From Candidatus Pacearchaeota archaeon (lineage in GTDB: Bacteria > Patescibacteriota > Minisyncoccia > Minisyncoccales > UBA5738): a stretch of DNA of 64,000 nucleotides. Within the stretch, counting starts at the first letter, position 1, and each line of letters opens with the position of its first letter. Positions 20,518 to 30,640 of this stretch are shown piece by piece. Below the pieces are notes generated by a model that worked only from the letters and a program-made list of their open reading frames with translations, was not told the DNA's origin and searched no databases. A program made the translations under genes and the position numbers. The DNA lies in NCBI GenBank assembly GCA_035362275.1, contig DAOSDI010000001.1, forward strand, positions 22,777-86,776. Direction: 5' to 3'.

Positions 20518-20925
20518 ATGAATTTTAAAATTATTGCGGGTTGGGTTTTGATCGTTGCGGGATTGGCGGTGATCGGTGCCGCGGTCAACGCCTCATACCG
20601 CTATTTCACGGCCAAGGCGGAATTTCCGGCGGTGTTTGAAATCTCGGCAAAAAATCCGGCGGGCGATTTGCCGTCGCAAGCCGGAATTGAAAATCTTTCG
20701 GCGGAGGAAGCACAGAATTATTTGCAAAATCAGATACAATATTCAATTAATCGCGCTTTGGTTGATATGCTTCCCGATGATGCGATTGCCAAAATGCTCA
20801 ACATTCTTTCGTGGTCAATCTTTGGCACATTTTTGATTTTCGCGGGCGGAAAAATTTCCTGGCTGGGCGTGCAGTTATTGTCCGTGAGAAATGAAAGCGC
20901 GCAAAAAACGAATCAACCAAGCTAG
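20518..20925 (+). CDS. hypothetical membrane protein
   Basis: Two hydrophobic segments at the N- and C-termini. No motif. Confidence 0.3.
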   Translation: MNFKIIAGWVLIVAGLAVIGAAVNASYRYFTAKAEFPAVFEISAKNPAGDLPSQAGIENLSAEEAQNYLQNQIQYSINRALVDMLPDDAIAKMLNILSWSIFGTFLIFAGGKISWLGVQLLSVRNESAQKTNQPS

Positions 20926-20944
20926 CGGTGGGGCGGGCGAAATA

Positions 20945-21592
20945 TCAGCTTCCCTGCACCAGCGGCACGAATGCGAATCCTTCATAGCGGGTTTCGCTGA
21001 AAGTGTTGTTTTTGCTTTTTTCAATCTTTGCCAGCGCGTTTTGCACCGGCGCCACGATCGTGCCGCCGGTTTTCAGTTGCGCTTCCCACGCCGGCGGAAC
21101 GCTCGGTGCGGCCGCGGATGCCAAAATCCGGTCGTAAGGCGCTTGCGGCAAATACCCTTTTGATCCGTCGCCGATCACGCATTGGACGGTGCGGTTTTTA
21201 ACGAAACCGTATTTGGCGATGTTTTCTTTGCCGAATTCGGCCAGCGGCTTTATCCTTTCAATCGCCACCACTTTTCCCCGCGCGCCGTTTTGCGAAACGA
21301 TGTGCGCCAAAAGCGCGCCGGTCCATCCCGATCCGTAGCCGATGTCCATAATTTTATCGCCCGGACGGGGTTGCAGAAGCTCCAGCATAAACGCCACGGT
21401 TGCCGGCTGGGAAATGGTTTGCGCGAATCCGATGGCAACGGCCTCATCCATTTCGGCCGCGATGCGCCGGTGCGGCAAATCCGGGGGCAAAAAGTCTTTT
21501 CTCTTGATCGCGCGAAACGCCGCGATAATCCGCGGAGTTTTCAAATAGCCCGCATTGATCAAATCGTCAATTAATGCCATAAATTTTGCCAA
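20945..21592 (-). CDS. pcm: protein-L-isoaspartate O-methyltransferase
   Basis: ISQPATVAFMLELL and DIGYGSGW SAM-binding motifs. 215 aa. Confidence 0.85.
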   Translation of the reverse strand: MAKFMALIDDLINAGYLKTPRIIAAFRAIKRKDFLPPDLPHRRIAAEMDEAVAIGFAQTISQPATVAFMLELLQPRPGDKIMDIGYGSGWTGALLAHIVSQNGARGKVVAIERIKPLAEFGKENIAKYGFVKNRTVQCVIGDGSKGYLPQAPYDRILASAAAPSVPPAWEAQLKTGGTIVAPVQNALAKIEKSKNNTFSETRYEGFAFVPLVQGS

Positions 21593-21597
21593 AAAGC

Positions 21598-21625
21598 GCC
21601 CGAAAGGCGCCTTTTGCGGTTAAAC
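21598..21625. terminator. putative intrinsic terminator downstream of the serpin gene
   Basis: aagcgcccgaaaggcgcctttt: stem gcgcc/ggcgc with T-runs on both sides. Confidence 0.55.
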
Positions 21626-21664
21626 GATTATGTCCGGATGTTTTTATGGGCATAATGCCATATA

Positions 21665-23077
21665 TTATTTTGTCGGGTCGTTGACTTTTCCCATAAACAA
21701 GATCGCGCCGGTTTGGTTGTGGACGATGGCGAAAATAAACGGCCGGTCGGCGTTGAAAATTTTTGCTTGCGGCGGTTCCATTACCGCGGGCGCTTGCATT
21801 GCCACTCCCGTGGCCGCGGCGGCCTCGGTCCCTTCTTCGTAGACATCAACATAGGCCTTATGGATCACCAAGCCGATATAAAGATTTTCCGGTGTTTTTG
21901 TTTTGTCATACATTCCGGAAAAATCGGCATTCGCATCGTCAAACGCGGTGGGCATTCCCATTTTTGCCAGCGTTTGGTTCATATTATATGATGTGTCAAA
22001 TTTGAATTTCGGCAAAAACACATTTACCAATTCGTTTTTTAAAGATTTTTTAACATTACCCAGACCGGCGGCCGCCAATTCTTTTTCCGCGGCCTCAATT
22101 TTACCGTTTTCGGGCAAAACGACGATCATTGACAAATCGCTGTCTTCATAGGGCAATTCCAGCGCTTGATAGTCGGCGGTTTGGGCATATCCGAAATCAT
22201 CTTTGATGTTCATCATCCGGCATTTGGTTTTTGCGCCGGTTGATGCGGTGAAATCTTTTTCCTGAGTCAGCATTTCTTCAAACGGGGTCGCCCACTTGCC
22301 TTTGAAATAAACCGCGTTGGTCAAAACCAATCTTGTCAACGGATTGAGCGTTCCCGCCGCGAATAATTCCGGAATTTTTTGCGCGGTTTTGCCGCTCACC
22401 CATTCATTGATGGTTTTGCGGGAATTTTCCGTGTCGCCGGCAAAATCCAAATTGGCGGCTTTGCCGTGATAATAGGTTTCCGCGGTTTTTAAATAATTTT
22501 GGTCAAACGGATAATCCGTTTGCGCCCAGAGCGCGTTGGCGGTGGAAAGCCGGTAGTTCGCGTTTTGCGGGTTTATCTGTTCATAAAGCTTGGCAAACGA
22601 TCCGATGCGCGCGGCGTTGTCTTCGGGAAAATGAAACACCGATCGCATTTCTGCGGCGGTTTTTCCGCGCGCGCCCTCGTATGTCATTTGCAGGGCCGAC
22701 GATATGCTGTGGGGCGAGAAAAAGAGATTCTCGTCCGTGTTTTTATATTCGCCGTATAGTTCAAGCGCGAATTGATTGGCGGCGTTTACGATCGGGGATG
22801 AATCTTGTCCGGTCTCGTATTCAACAAATGTCTCCGGCGAAGCAACGGACCCTTCCGCCTCCGGGATTGTTTCCCCGTCCCCTTCATTTTCGTTCGCCAG
22901 ATTTTCGTCCAAAAGTTCGGGACTTGCGGAAAAATTAATTTCCGGCATATCAATATTTTCCGGCGGCGCGGAATAAAAACGGTAGGCATACCAGCCGGCG
23001 CCGATTGCCGCGGCGATCGCCAATATTAACACGATCAATATGGCCAATATCGCGCTTCCTTTTTGATTGTTTTTCAT
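21665..23077 (-). CDS. serpin (serine protease inhibitor) with an N-terminal membrane anchor
   Basis: C-terminal serpin signature FNADRPFIFAIVHNQTGAILFMGKVNDP with a reactive-centre-loop region upstream. N-terminal TM helix. Confidence 0.85.
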   Translation of the reverse strand: MKNNQKGSAILAILIVLILAIAAAIGAGWYAYRFYSAPPENIDMPEINFSASPELLDENLANENEGDGETIPEAEGSVASPETFVEYETGQDSSPIVNAANQFALELYGEYKNTDENLFFSPHSISSALQMTYEGARGKTAAEMRSVFHFPEDNAARIGSFAKLYEQINPQNANYRLSTANALWAQTDYPFDQNYLKTAETYYHGKAANLDFAGDTENSRKTINEWVSGKTAQKIPELFAAGTLNPLTRLVLTNAVYFKGKWATPFEEMLTQEKDFTASTGAKTKCRMMNIKDDFGYAQTADYQALELPYEDSDLSMIVVLPENGKIEAAEKELAAAGLGNVKKSLKNELVNVFLPKFKFDTSYNMNQTLAKMGMPTAFDDANADFSGMYDKTKTPENLYIGLVIHKAYVDVYEEGTEAAAATGVAMQAPAVMEPPQAKIFNADRPFIFAIVHNQTGAILFMGKVNDPTK

Positions 23078-23221
23078 AATTTGTCCGCTCGTCGCGGAAC
23101 GGTTATTTACATCGCGCCATCAATTGAAATCAATAAATTCCTTGGATTAACGCCGAAGGCGCGGTTCTCAAACGCGATCTCAATGTTTCTTATTTTAAAG
23201 ATAACATAATCGGCGGAAAAA

Positions 23222-24946
23222 TCACCAGCCCCCGCCGCCTCCTCCCCCGCCGCCTCCGCCGACTCCGCCCCCGCCGTGCGCTCCCGAAGAAGTGCCGGTA
23301 TTGGCCGCGATACCGGCGGAGATTGAATTTATTTGCGAAGCAAAGCTATCGGCGTTGAATCCGTTGGCAAAACTGCCGGCATACCAGGCCGGATGGTAAT
23401 TGGCAAAATATTCCTTGCCGTAGATATCCTCCATTTTTTTGGCCCAAAGTTTGGCGATGCCGAAAACGATCGCATAGGGCAAAAATTTTTCAAAAATATT
23501 TTCTTTTTCGTGGAATCGCGTCCGGTATTTTTCGGCGGTTTCCATATACAGTTTGAAGCCCTTGATGCGCCAATTTAATTGGGCGCCTTTTGGCGTGCGC
23601 TTGGGCATCAATAAGCCGAAAATCAATACCACGGCGGCCGAAATTCCAAAAGCGATGATGGCAAATAAATTTTCCGTGCCGGCGCCGGCAAAGGCGGCGA
23701 AGATTAAAATAACCGCCAAAACCAAAAATATCCCTTTAAGCGTTAATCCGCTTGAATGGATAAATTGTTTTTGTTTCAGATTGTTTATTGCGGTTTTTTT
23801 GATCTCCGGCAATTCTTTGTAAAATTCATTTTTCAATTTTGACAGTAAAATTTCTTGTCTTTGGCCGAATAATTTTTTAAGCAATAATTCTTCGGTTTCG
23901 TTTAGCGGAGGATGGTCGTTGTCCCGAACCCGTTCCAGACGGAAATTCTGTTGGCCGAATATGCCTTGTTTGGGAATTTCTTCAATGATGATATATTTTT
24001 TAACCGCCAGATCAATGATTGTTGCCGTGATCAGTTTGTCGCCAAAACTTCCGTTTTGCGCCAACAAGCCGACTTCTATGGGGGTTAGATTATCGGGAAT
24101 TTCAAATTCGGGAATCACGGTTTTGTCAACGCGCGGGTCTTTGCCGTATTTATTCCAGATCAAAAACGAAACGATAAAAAGAAACAGCGGGATTAAAAAC
24201 CACAAATAACCGCCGTAGAGTTCAAAAAAACTCGGTTGATAGGGAGCGATTATGCCCTTGGGAAACGTGATTGATGCGGTGATTCCCTGCCGCGGAGACA
24301 GCGTTTGCGTTGAGGCGACGCGCAAAATATTGTCACCGGTCCATTGATGATCGGCCGCGGAATTTTCTTTTTCGCCGAGATCGCCGCCATAAAGATAAAT
24401 CTCGGAATTTTCTTTGTTTATTCCTTGAGGGAAAATAATGTCTGCCGTGAATTTATCAATATCAATTTCCCAAAATTCGCCGCTTAAATTCCAATATAAT
24501 TCGTCAAAATCGAAATTGCCGCCGCGGACGGCGTTTTTAACCAAATAAGTTATTTTGTAATAATTTTCGCCGGTGGTGATTTTGGCGGAATCGCCGATTT
24601 TCCAAGCGACGGTATGGTTGAAATTATCTTTGGTTTCGGAATATTTAATCGGTTGACCGTCAAAATCCGTGATTGAAATCAATTTCACGGGAGCTTTAAC
24701 GGTTCCTTTTTCGGTTTTTGTTTCAAGCGGCACCACGCGGAAAATTCCGTGCTTGTCGGGCAAATCGCCGCAATCGGCAACAATCTTTTCTTCCACCAAT
24801 AAAGATGAATCGGTGTTGACCGTTATCGTTGACTGAAAATCCTTAATGTACCAATCGGTAATTTGGCTTGCTTCCCTTGCTCCCGCCGGATGGGGCAATG
24901 TTAAAAACATCGCTAAAACAATTAAAATTTGGTAGAAATTTTTCAT
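23222..24946 (-). CDS. DUF2207-like membrane protein with a C-terminal poly-Gly tail
   Basis: Signal peptide, large extracellular domain, two to three TM helices and a C-terminal GGGGVGGGGGGGGGGGW typical of the DUF2207 architecture. Confidence 0.55.
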   Translation of the reverse strand: MKNFYQILIVLAMFLTLPHPAGAREASQITDWYIKDFQSTITVNTDSSLLVEEKIVADCGDLPDKHGIFRVVPLETKTEKGTVKAPVKLISITDFDGQPIKYSETKDNFNHTVAWKIGDSAKITTGENYYKITYLVKNAVRGGNFDFDELYWNLSGEFWEIDIDKFTADIIFPQGINKENSEIYLYGGDLGEKENSAADHQWTGDNILRVASTQTLSPRQGITASITFPKGIIAPYQPSFFELYGGYLWFLIPLFLFIVSFLIWNKYGKDPRVDKTVIPEFEIPDNLTPIEVGLLAQNGSFGDKLITATIIDLAVKKYIIIEEIPKQGIFGQQNFRLERVRDNDHPPLNETEELLLKKLFGQRQEILLSKLKNEFYKELPEIKKTAINNLKQKQFIHSSGLTLKGIFLVLAVILIFAAFAGAGTENLFAIIAFGISAAVVLIFGLLMPKRTPKGAQLNWRIKGFKLYMETAEKYRTRFHEKENIFEKFLPYAIVFGIAKLWAKKMEDIYGKEYFANYHPAWYAGSFANGFNADSFASQINSISAGIAANTGTSSGAHGGGGVGGGGGGGGGGGW

Positions 24947-24947
24947 A

Positions 24948-25544
24948 TTAATTTTTCAGAATGCCGACAGTTGGATAACCCGACAGTATCTGTTTGCTGT
25001 GTTCGTCGTAAAATTCGGCGGTGACATCATATCCGGCCGAACAGCCGCGGTGTTGGCCGTTTATGAATAACGCGCTTACATCATAGACAATATTGTCCAC
25101 GGCAATGTATGCGGGTTGGTTGTTTTTGCCGTTGTATTCTGCCAGTTCCGCGGCGGTGAAAGTTTTTTCCGCCGCGGCGTTGCCGGCGTTATTTTCCGCG
25201 GCGGGCATGCCTTCAACCGCCGCCGGTTTTTGGTAAAAAAATCCGATGTAAGCGAATATAACGATAAATCCCGAATAAATTAAAACCAGCGAAGCCAAGG
25301 ATGCGGAATTCCATTTGCGCCACCGCACCAGCGATAAACGAATTGCAAAAAACGTGTGGATGGAAAACGCGATCAGGCCGATGGGGGTTAGAATATTTGA
25401 ATGCAGATTGGATGCCAGCCGTTCATCAATTATCCCTTTGGTCATTCCATAGCCGCTGATGAAAAAAAGAATGATCGTCGCCAAAAGCGTCCACGCCGCG
25501 GCGCGGTCAATTTTTACCTGCCAGCATTGAAAATTTTTATTCAT
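24948..25544 (-). CDS. membrane protein with a C-terminal cytochrome b5-like heme/steroid-binding domain
   Basis: N-terminal TMs. C-terminus ...ELAEYNGKNNQPAYIAVDNIVYDVS...GQHRG is b5-like. Confidence 0.45.
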   Translation of the reverse strand: MNKNFQCWQVKIDRAAAWTLLATIILFFISGYGMTKGIIDERLASNLHSNILTPIGLIAFSIHTFFAIRLSLVRWRKWNSASLASLVLIYSGFIVIFAYIGFFYQKPAAVEGMPAAENNAGNAAAEKTFTAAELAEYNGKNNQPAYIAVDNIVYDVSALFINGQHRGCSAGYDVTAEFYDEHSKQILSGYPTVGILKN

Positions 25545-25681
25545 TTTTTAAATTGATTGCTTTTTGTCATTCTAGCAAAAAATCGCGCTTCGCGCGATAT
25601 GGTTTGCATATAAAATTATCACCGGATTGAGCAAGCGATCTTGAAGCGGGGGCTTCGGGACATTTTGGCGGCCGGATAAAA

Positions 25682-27466
25682 TCATTCAATGAAGCCGGAA
25701 GATTGCAGGCGCCAGAGTTTGCGATAGATGCCGTCTTTTTTGCGAATCAGGGATTGGTGGGAACCTTGTTCAATGATCGTGCCGCCTTTTAACACCACCA
25801 CGCGGTCCATTTTGCGGATGGTGCTCAGGCGGTGTGCGATGGCGATCACGGTTTGGTCTTTCATCAAGGCGTCAAGCGCGTCTTGAATAAGCGCCTCGGA
25901 CTTTGAGTCCAAAGATGAGGTCGCCTCGTCCAAGATCAGGATCGGTGCGTGTTTCAGAATCGCCCGGGCGATGGCCACTCGTTGGCGTTCGCCTCCGGAA
26001 AGTTTAACGCCCCGCTCGCCCACCATTGTTTGGTATCCGGCGGGCATTTTTTGGACGAATTTGTCGCAATGCGCCATTTGCGCGGCGGCGATTACATCTT
26101 CATCGGACGCTTCCGGCCGGCCGTAGCGGATATTTTCCAAAATTGAACGATGGAACAAAACCGGATCCTGCGGTACCAGAGAAATGTTTTTCCTTAAACT
26201 TTCCTGGGTGATTTCGCGAATATCGTTGCCGTCAATCAATATCCGGCCGCCGGTCGGTTCAAAAAGACGCAATAACAGGCCGGTGAGAGTGGTCTTCCCC
26301 GCGCCCGACGATCCCACGATGGCCACCTGCTCGCCTGAATTGATGGACAGATCAAAATTTTTTAAAATTATCCGGTCGTCTTGAAAACCGAAAACGATGT
26401 TTTCAAAATCAATTTTACCCTTGACGCCCGCCAAAATTTTTGCCCCGGGAAAGTCTTTGATTTGATGGGGGGTTTCCAAAATTTCCACCATTTCTTTGGA
26501 ATCCGCTATCGCTTGATATATCCCGCGAAACATCCGGTTCACCCCCCAAAGCTGGTGGGAAATGCCGATGACGTATGTTTGCACCAAAACGAAGGTACCG
26601 ATAAACGCCTGTCCGGATTGCCAGAGCAAAACGGTGTAATAAAAGGCGGCAAATTCCACAATGATAATTAAAAAATGCTGGGTAATATTGGCGGCGTTTG
26701 AAAGTTGCCAGGTAGTGATCGTTTTTTGCGCCTGATCGTCGGAAACTTTTTTAAAGTCGCTTGATTCGGAACGATAGCTGTTAAAAAGCTTGACCGAAAT
26801 ATAATTGACGATATTGTCGGAAAGAAATCCGGTGGTTTTTGAATCTGCCGCCGCGCGGGCCACATCATATTTAATCTTCCAGCGCGAGAAAATAAAATTG
26901 GCGGCAATGACCAAGAGCGACCAGATTATGATGACCAATGCGATAGGCGGCGCCAGAAACGCGGTAACCGCAATGGATCCCAAAATATATATGGCGATGG
27001 GGATTAAATTAAAAACCAGATTGTCCATCAATATTTCAAACGCGTAAGCGAAACGGTTGACTTTTTGGACCAGGCTTCCGGTGAAATTGTTGACGAAAAA
27101 TTTACGCGAATGGAGCATCAGGTAATCAAATGATTTTTGTTTCAATCGTGCCATTATTTTGGCAGTCGCCAAACTCAAAGAAAAATGCGCGATCGCGGCA
27201 AACAGCCAATTGGCCAAATTGATTCCTGCGATGACGGCAATGATGCCGATTAAAACTTCCGCCGGCGCCGATTGGCCCAATTCGTCAAAAAACCGCTTGT
27301 AAAAAACCGGAATCGCCAGTTCAATCAACTGAAAAACGGTGAACGCGCCCACGCAGACCCAAAAAAGCCGCCGGTGCGGCAGAACGCCCTCCCAAAGATG
27401 GCCCAAAATCGTTTTCAGCGAGATTTGTTTTTTTTCCATTTTTTCGTTTTTCAATTCTGTTGCCAA
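25682..27466 (-). CDS. ABC exporter, fused permease/ATPase (MsbA-like)
   Basis: Six-TM N-terminal domain. Walker A GSSGAGKTT, signature LSGGERQR, Walker B ILILDEATS. Confidence 0.9.
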   Translation of the reverse strand: MATELKNEKMEKKQISLKTILGHLWEGVLPHRRLFWVCVGAFTVFQLIELAIPVFYKRFFDELGQSAPAEVLIGIIAVIAGINLANWLFAAIAHFSLSLATAKIMARLKQKSFDYLMLHSRKFFVNNFTGSLVQKVNRFAYAFEILMDNLVFNLIPIAIYILGSIAVTAFLAPPIALVIIIWSLLVIAANFIFSRWKIKYDVARAAADSKTTGFLSDNIVNYISVKLFNSYRSESSDFKKVSDDQAQKTITTWQLSNAANITQHFLIIIVEFAAFYYTVLLWQSGQAFIGTFVLVQTYVIGISHQLWGVNRMFRGIYQAIADSKEMVEILETPHQIKDFPGAKILAGVKGKIDFENIVFGFQDDRIILKNFDLSINSGEQVAIVGSSGAGKTTLTGLLLRLFEPTGGRILIDGNDIREITQESLRKNISLVPQDPVLFHRSILENIRYGRPEASDEDVIAAAQMAHCDKFVQKMPAGYQTMVGERGVKLSGGERQRVAIARAILKHAPILILDEATSSLDSKSEALIQDALDALMKDQTVIAIAHRLSTIRKMDRVVVLKGGTIIEQGSHQSLIRKKDGIYRKLWRLQSSGFIE

Positions 27467-27574
27467 TTATATCCTAACCTTTAAAGGGAAAATCCGCAAT
27501 TTTAGGTGCCGGCCGGTTTTGTTTTTTGGCGAAATATTTTTTTGCGGCTATAATTAAAAAGTCAGATATTTTTT

Positions 27575-28858
27575 TTGGATCATTGGATCAATGGAACGAT
27601 GAAGGCTCCCAACAAACTGCAAGCGACGATCAAAGCGATCCGCACCAAGCCCAAAACGCGCTTGGCGGTTTTTAAGAATTTGCTTTCCGCCCAACAGGCG
27701 CAAATTTGCCTGATCCTGAGCAAGCATTTGGTCTATGATCTTTTGAGCCGTTTGGAGGATTTGGAAGTTGCCGCGATTTTGGAAAATCTGGATCCCGACG
27801 AAGCGACCGACATTCTCCAGCTTTTTCCGGCGCCGAAAAGAACCGACCTTTTGGAAATATTGAGTTCGCGGATGAAGCACGCGGTGGAAAGGCTTTTGGG
27901 GTTTGACCCCAAAACGGCGGCGGGGCTGATGAATGTGGATTATATCCAAGTGGGCGAAAACGAAACCATTGCCGCAGTGGCCAGGCAATTCAAAATCCAC
28001 GAGAAACGCACCGGCCGATTGCCGGCGATTATCGTTTTAAGATCCGACGGCAAGCTGGCCGGATATTTGCCCGGCCACGAGTTGGGATTTGCGCAGTTGA
28101 AAGATAAGGCTAAAAAATATGCCCGCAGAATCGCCACTATCCGCCATTCGGCCACCCATGAAGAAGCGGTGGATCTTTTTCGCGCCTATCCTCATGCCAA
28201 AATCGCCGTGATCGGAGCGAACGATAACGTGATGGGCATCATCTATTCCGACGATATTGCCCGCATTCTGCGCGAACAGACGGCGGCGTCTTTGTATGAT
28301 TTTGCCGGCGTTTCCAAAGAAGAAAGCGTGTTCGGCAGTGCGCGGGAAAAAATAAAATTCCGCTATAAATGGCTGATCATTAACTTGGGCACTTCGTTTT
28401 TGGCGGCGTTTGTGGTGAGTATGTTTGACCAAACCATCGCCAAATATGTTTTGCTGGCGGTATATATGCCCATTATCGCGGGAATGGGCGGCAATGCCGG
28501 CACACAGGCAATGGCGGTGATGGTGCGCGGCATCACGCTCAAACAGATTGATTTTAAATCTTCTTTGGGCGCATTAAAAAACGAATTACTTTCCGGCCTT
28601 GCCAACGGCGCGATTAACGGCGCGTTGGTGGCGATGGTGATTTTACTTGTCAATCGCGATCCGTTATTGGCGTTAGTGCTGTTTTTGGCGATGATTGTCA
28701 ATTTGGTGGTGGCCGGAACGGCAGGCACCATGGCGCCGCTGTTGATGGCCAGATTGGGCAAGGACCCGGCATCGTCGGCAACGATTTTCATCACCACCGC
28801 CACCGACGTTTTGGGCTTTTTCGCTTTTCTTGGTCTGGCCGCCCTATTATTGCCCTGA
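27575..28858 (+). CDS. mgtE: magnesium transporter MgtE
   Basis: CBS region plus a TM domain with the MgtE signature MGGNAGTQAMAVMVRG. Confidence 0.9.
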   Translation: MDHWINGTMKAPNKLQATIKAIRTKPKTRLAVFKNLLSAQQAQICLILSKHLVYDLLSRLEDLEVAAILENLDPDEATDILQLFPAPKRTDLLEILSSRMKHAVERLLGFDPKTAAGLMNVDYIQVGENETIAAVARQFKIHEKRTGRLPAIIVLRSDGKLAGYLPGHELGFAQLKDKAKKYARRIATIRHSATHEEAVDLFRAYPHAKIAVIGANDNVMGIIYSDDIARILREQTAASLYDFAGVSKEESVFGSAREKIKFRYKWLIINLGTSFLAAFVVSMFDQTIAKYVLLAVYMPIIAGMGGNAGTQAMAVMVRGITLKQIDFKSSLGALKNELLSGLANGAINGALVAMVILLVNRDPLLALVLFLAMIVNLVVAGTAGTMAPLLMARLGKDPASSATIFITTATDVLGFFAFLGLAALLLP

Positions 28859-28910
28859 AAACAAAAGGCTTGATTCTTTTGGAGCAACCACCCACCGAAT
28901 CTAAAATAAA

Positions 28911-28962
28911 AAAGGTCTATCCCTTGTTACTGCGAGGGTTAGGCGCCTTAGACCTTTTTAAT
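28911..28962 (+). terminator. putative terminator or structured 3' element after mgtE
   Basis: aaaaggtcta...tagaccttttt long stem with an internal loop. Confidence 0.45.
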
Positions 28963-29236
28963 TCTGCGAAATATCATTGCTTTAATCAAAGCGGTTTCTT
29001 CCAAAATTTTGGGTTTGTATAAAAAAATGTGAAACTCAACTATAATGTTGTTTCACCTGCGGGGAATTTCCCCCGCCTTCTTCGCGTTCGCCAAGAGATT
29101 TTTTCTCATCTGTCTTGATGGGCAAAAGTATGCCCGCAATTTCCTCATCTTTATCCATTTTAAAACCACCGATTAGAAAATAACAGATAATTTTTATAAA
29201 CGCAATGAGGCGGAATGTTTTTGCGCGAGGATGGAG

Positions 29237-30640
29237 CTAAATTTCAAAGCTTTGGGAAAATTCGGGAATGTTGACGGTAATATTGGGAAGGGATTGTCGG
29301 GTGATTTGCGCAAAGGCTTCGGCTTGCGGCGTTTCGGCATGGACCAAAAACAAGTTTTTCAATCCCTTAATGCCCGCGGCGTAATTTAACAGATCTTCCC
29401 GGTCGGCGTGGGCGCTTAACTCGTTGAGCGCCGTTATTTTGGCGCGCACGTCGTGCCATCGGTCAAAAATCTTCACGGGGGTTTGCTTCTCCAAAATTTT
29501 TCTTCCCAGCGTGTTTTCCGCCTGAAATCCGGTGATTAAAACGATGTTATCGGTGTTGCCGATGCCGTTTTTCAAATGGTGCAGGATCCGGCCGCCTTCG
29601 CACATTCCCGATCCGGCGACAACGACAAACGGTCCGGATTTGCCGTTGAGCGATTTTGATTCCGCGGCGGATTGGACATATTTCAAGTTATTGAAATTGA
29701 AAGCGGCGTTTCCGTCATCGCCGAATTCCCTCCTGAAATCATCGTCAAAAAGATGGGCGTAGCGGGGGAAAATTTTGGTGATTTTATCTCCCAAAGGGGT
29801 GTCAATGTATATCGGCAGTTTGGGAATGGCTTTTTGCTTGATGAGCAAATGCAGGATATAAATCAGTTCCTGGGTTCTTCCCAGGGAAAACGCGGGGACG
29901 ATGATTTTGCTTTTCTTGCGCGCCGCGGTTTTGACAATATCTTTCACCTTTCCTAATACTTGCGGCATTGGTTGATGCGTGCGGTTGCCGTAGGTGCATT
30001 CCATTATCAAAGTTGGCGCGGTTTCTTGAATGCTTTCGGGGGCGCGCAATATCGGCAGTTCATCGCGCCCCAGATCGCCGGAAAACACCAAATTTTTAAC
30101 GTTGTTATTTTCGTTGATTTCCAGCGATATCGCCGCCGATCCCAAAATATGGCCGGCGTCATGGAATTTGAAGCGGATATTTTCATTTATTTTTGTCCAC
30201 TCGCCGCCCGAGGAAAAATAATCCACGGTTTTGAAACATTCAATCACCCGTTGCACATCCTCTTGGGTGTAAATGGGGGCAATCGGCTCTCTGCCGACAG
30301 GATGGGAATTGTAATATTCGCAATCGTGCTTTTGAATGTTGGCCGAGTCCAGCAGGATCAACTCGGCGATTTCGGCGGTGGCGGGAGTGCAGTAGATTTT
30401 TCCGGCAAAGCCGTTTTTCACCAATGTTGGCAACGATCCGCAATGATCCAAATGCGCGTGCGACAAAATTACGGCATTGATGTTTTTTGCCTCAAACGGA
30501 AGATGGCGGTTTTGTTGGTTGGCGTCGGTCCTTTTTCCTTGATAAAAACCGCAGTCAAGCAAAAGACCGAATCCTTGGGTTTCTATCAGATGTTTTGATC
30601 CGGTGACGTTTTTTGCCGCGCCCCCAAAAGTGATTTTCAT
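29237..30640 (-). CDS. MBL-fold beta-CASP ribonuclease (RNase J/CPSF family)
   Basis: HAHLDHCGSLP metallo-beta-lactamase motif with beta-CASP downstream motifs. The probable start is MKITFGG at 30640, rather than the longer ORF-track start at 30688. Confidence 0.8.
   Translation of the reverse strand: MKITFGGAAKNVTGSKHLIETQGFGLLLDCGFYQGKRTDANQQNRHLPFEAKNINAVILSHAHLDHCGSLPTLVKNGFAGKIYCTPATAEIAELILLDSANIQKHDCEYYNSHPVGREPIAPIYTQEDVQRVIECFKTVDYFSSGGEWTKINENIRFKFHDAGHILGSAAISLEINENNNVKNLVFSGDLGRDELPILRAPESIQETAPTLIMECTYGNRTHQPMPQVLGKVKDIVKTAARKKSKIIVPAFSLGRTQELIYILHLLIKQKAIPKLPIYIDTPLGDKITKIFPRYAHLFDDDFRREFGDDGNAAFNFNNLKYVQSAAESKSLNGKSGPFVVVAGSGMCEGGRILHHLKNGIGNTDNIVLITGFQAENTLGRKILEKQTPVKIFDRWHDVRAKITALNELSAHADREDLLNYAAGIKGLKNLFLVHAETPQAEAFAQITRQSLPNITVNIPEFSQSFEI

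Noticed and set aside
23222-23290. GC-rich low-complexity tract (ccgcc/cccg repeats)
   Set aside because: It encodes the poly-Gly C-terminal tail of the DUF2207-like protein. It is not a CRISPR or non-coding repeat.
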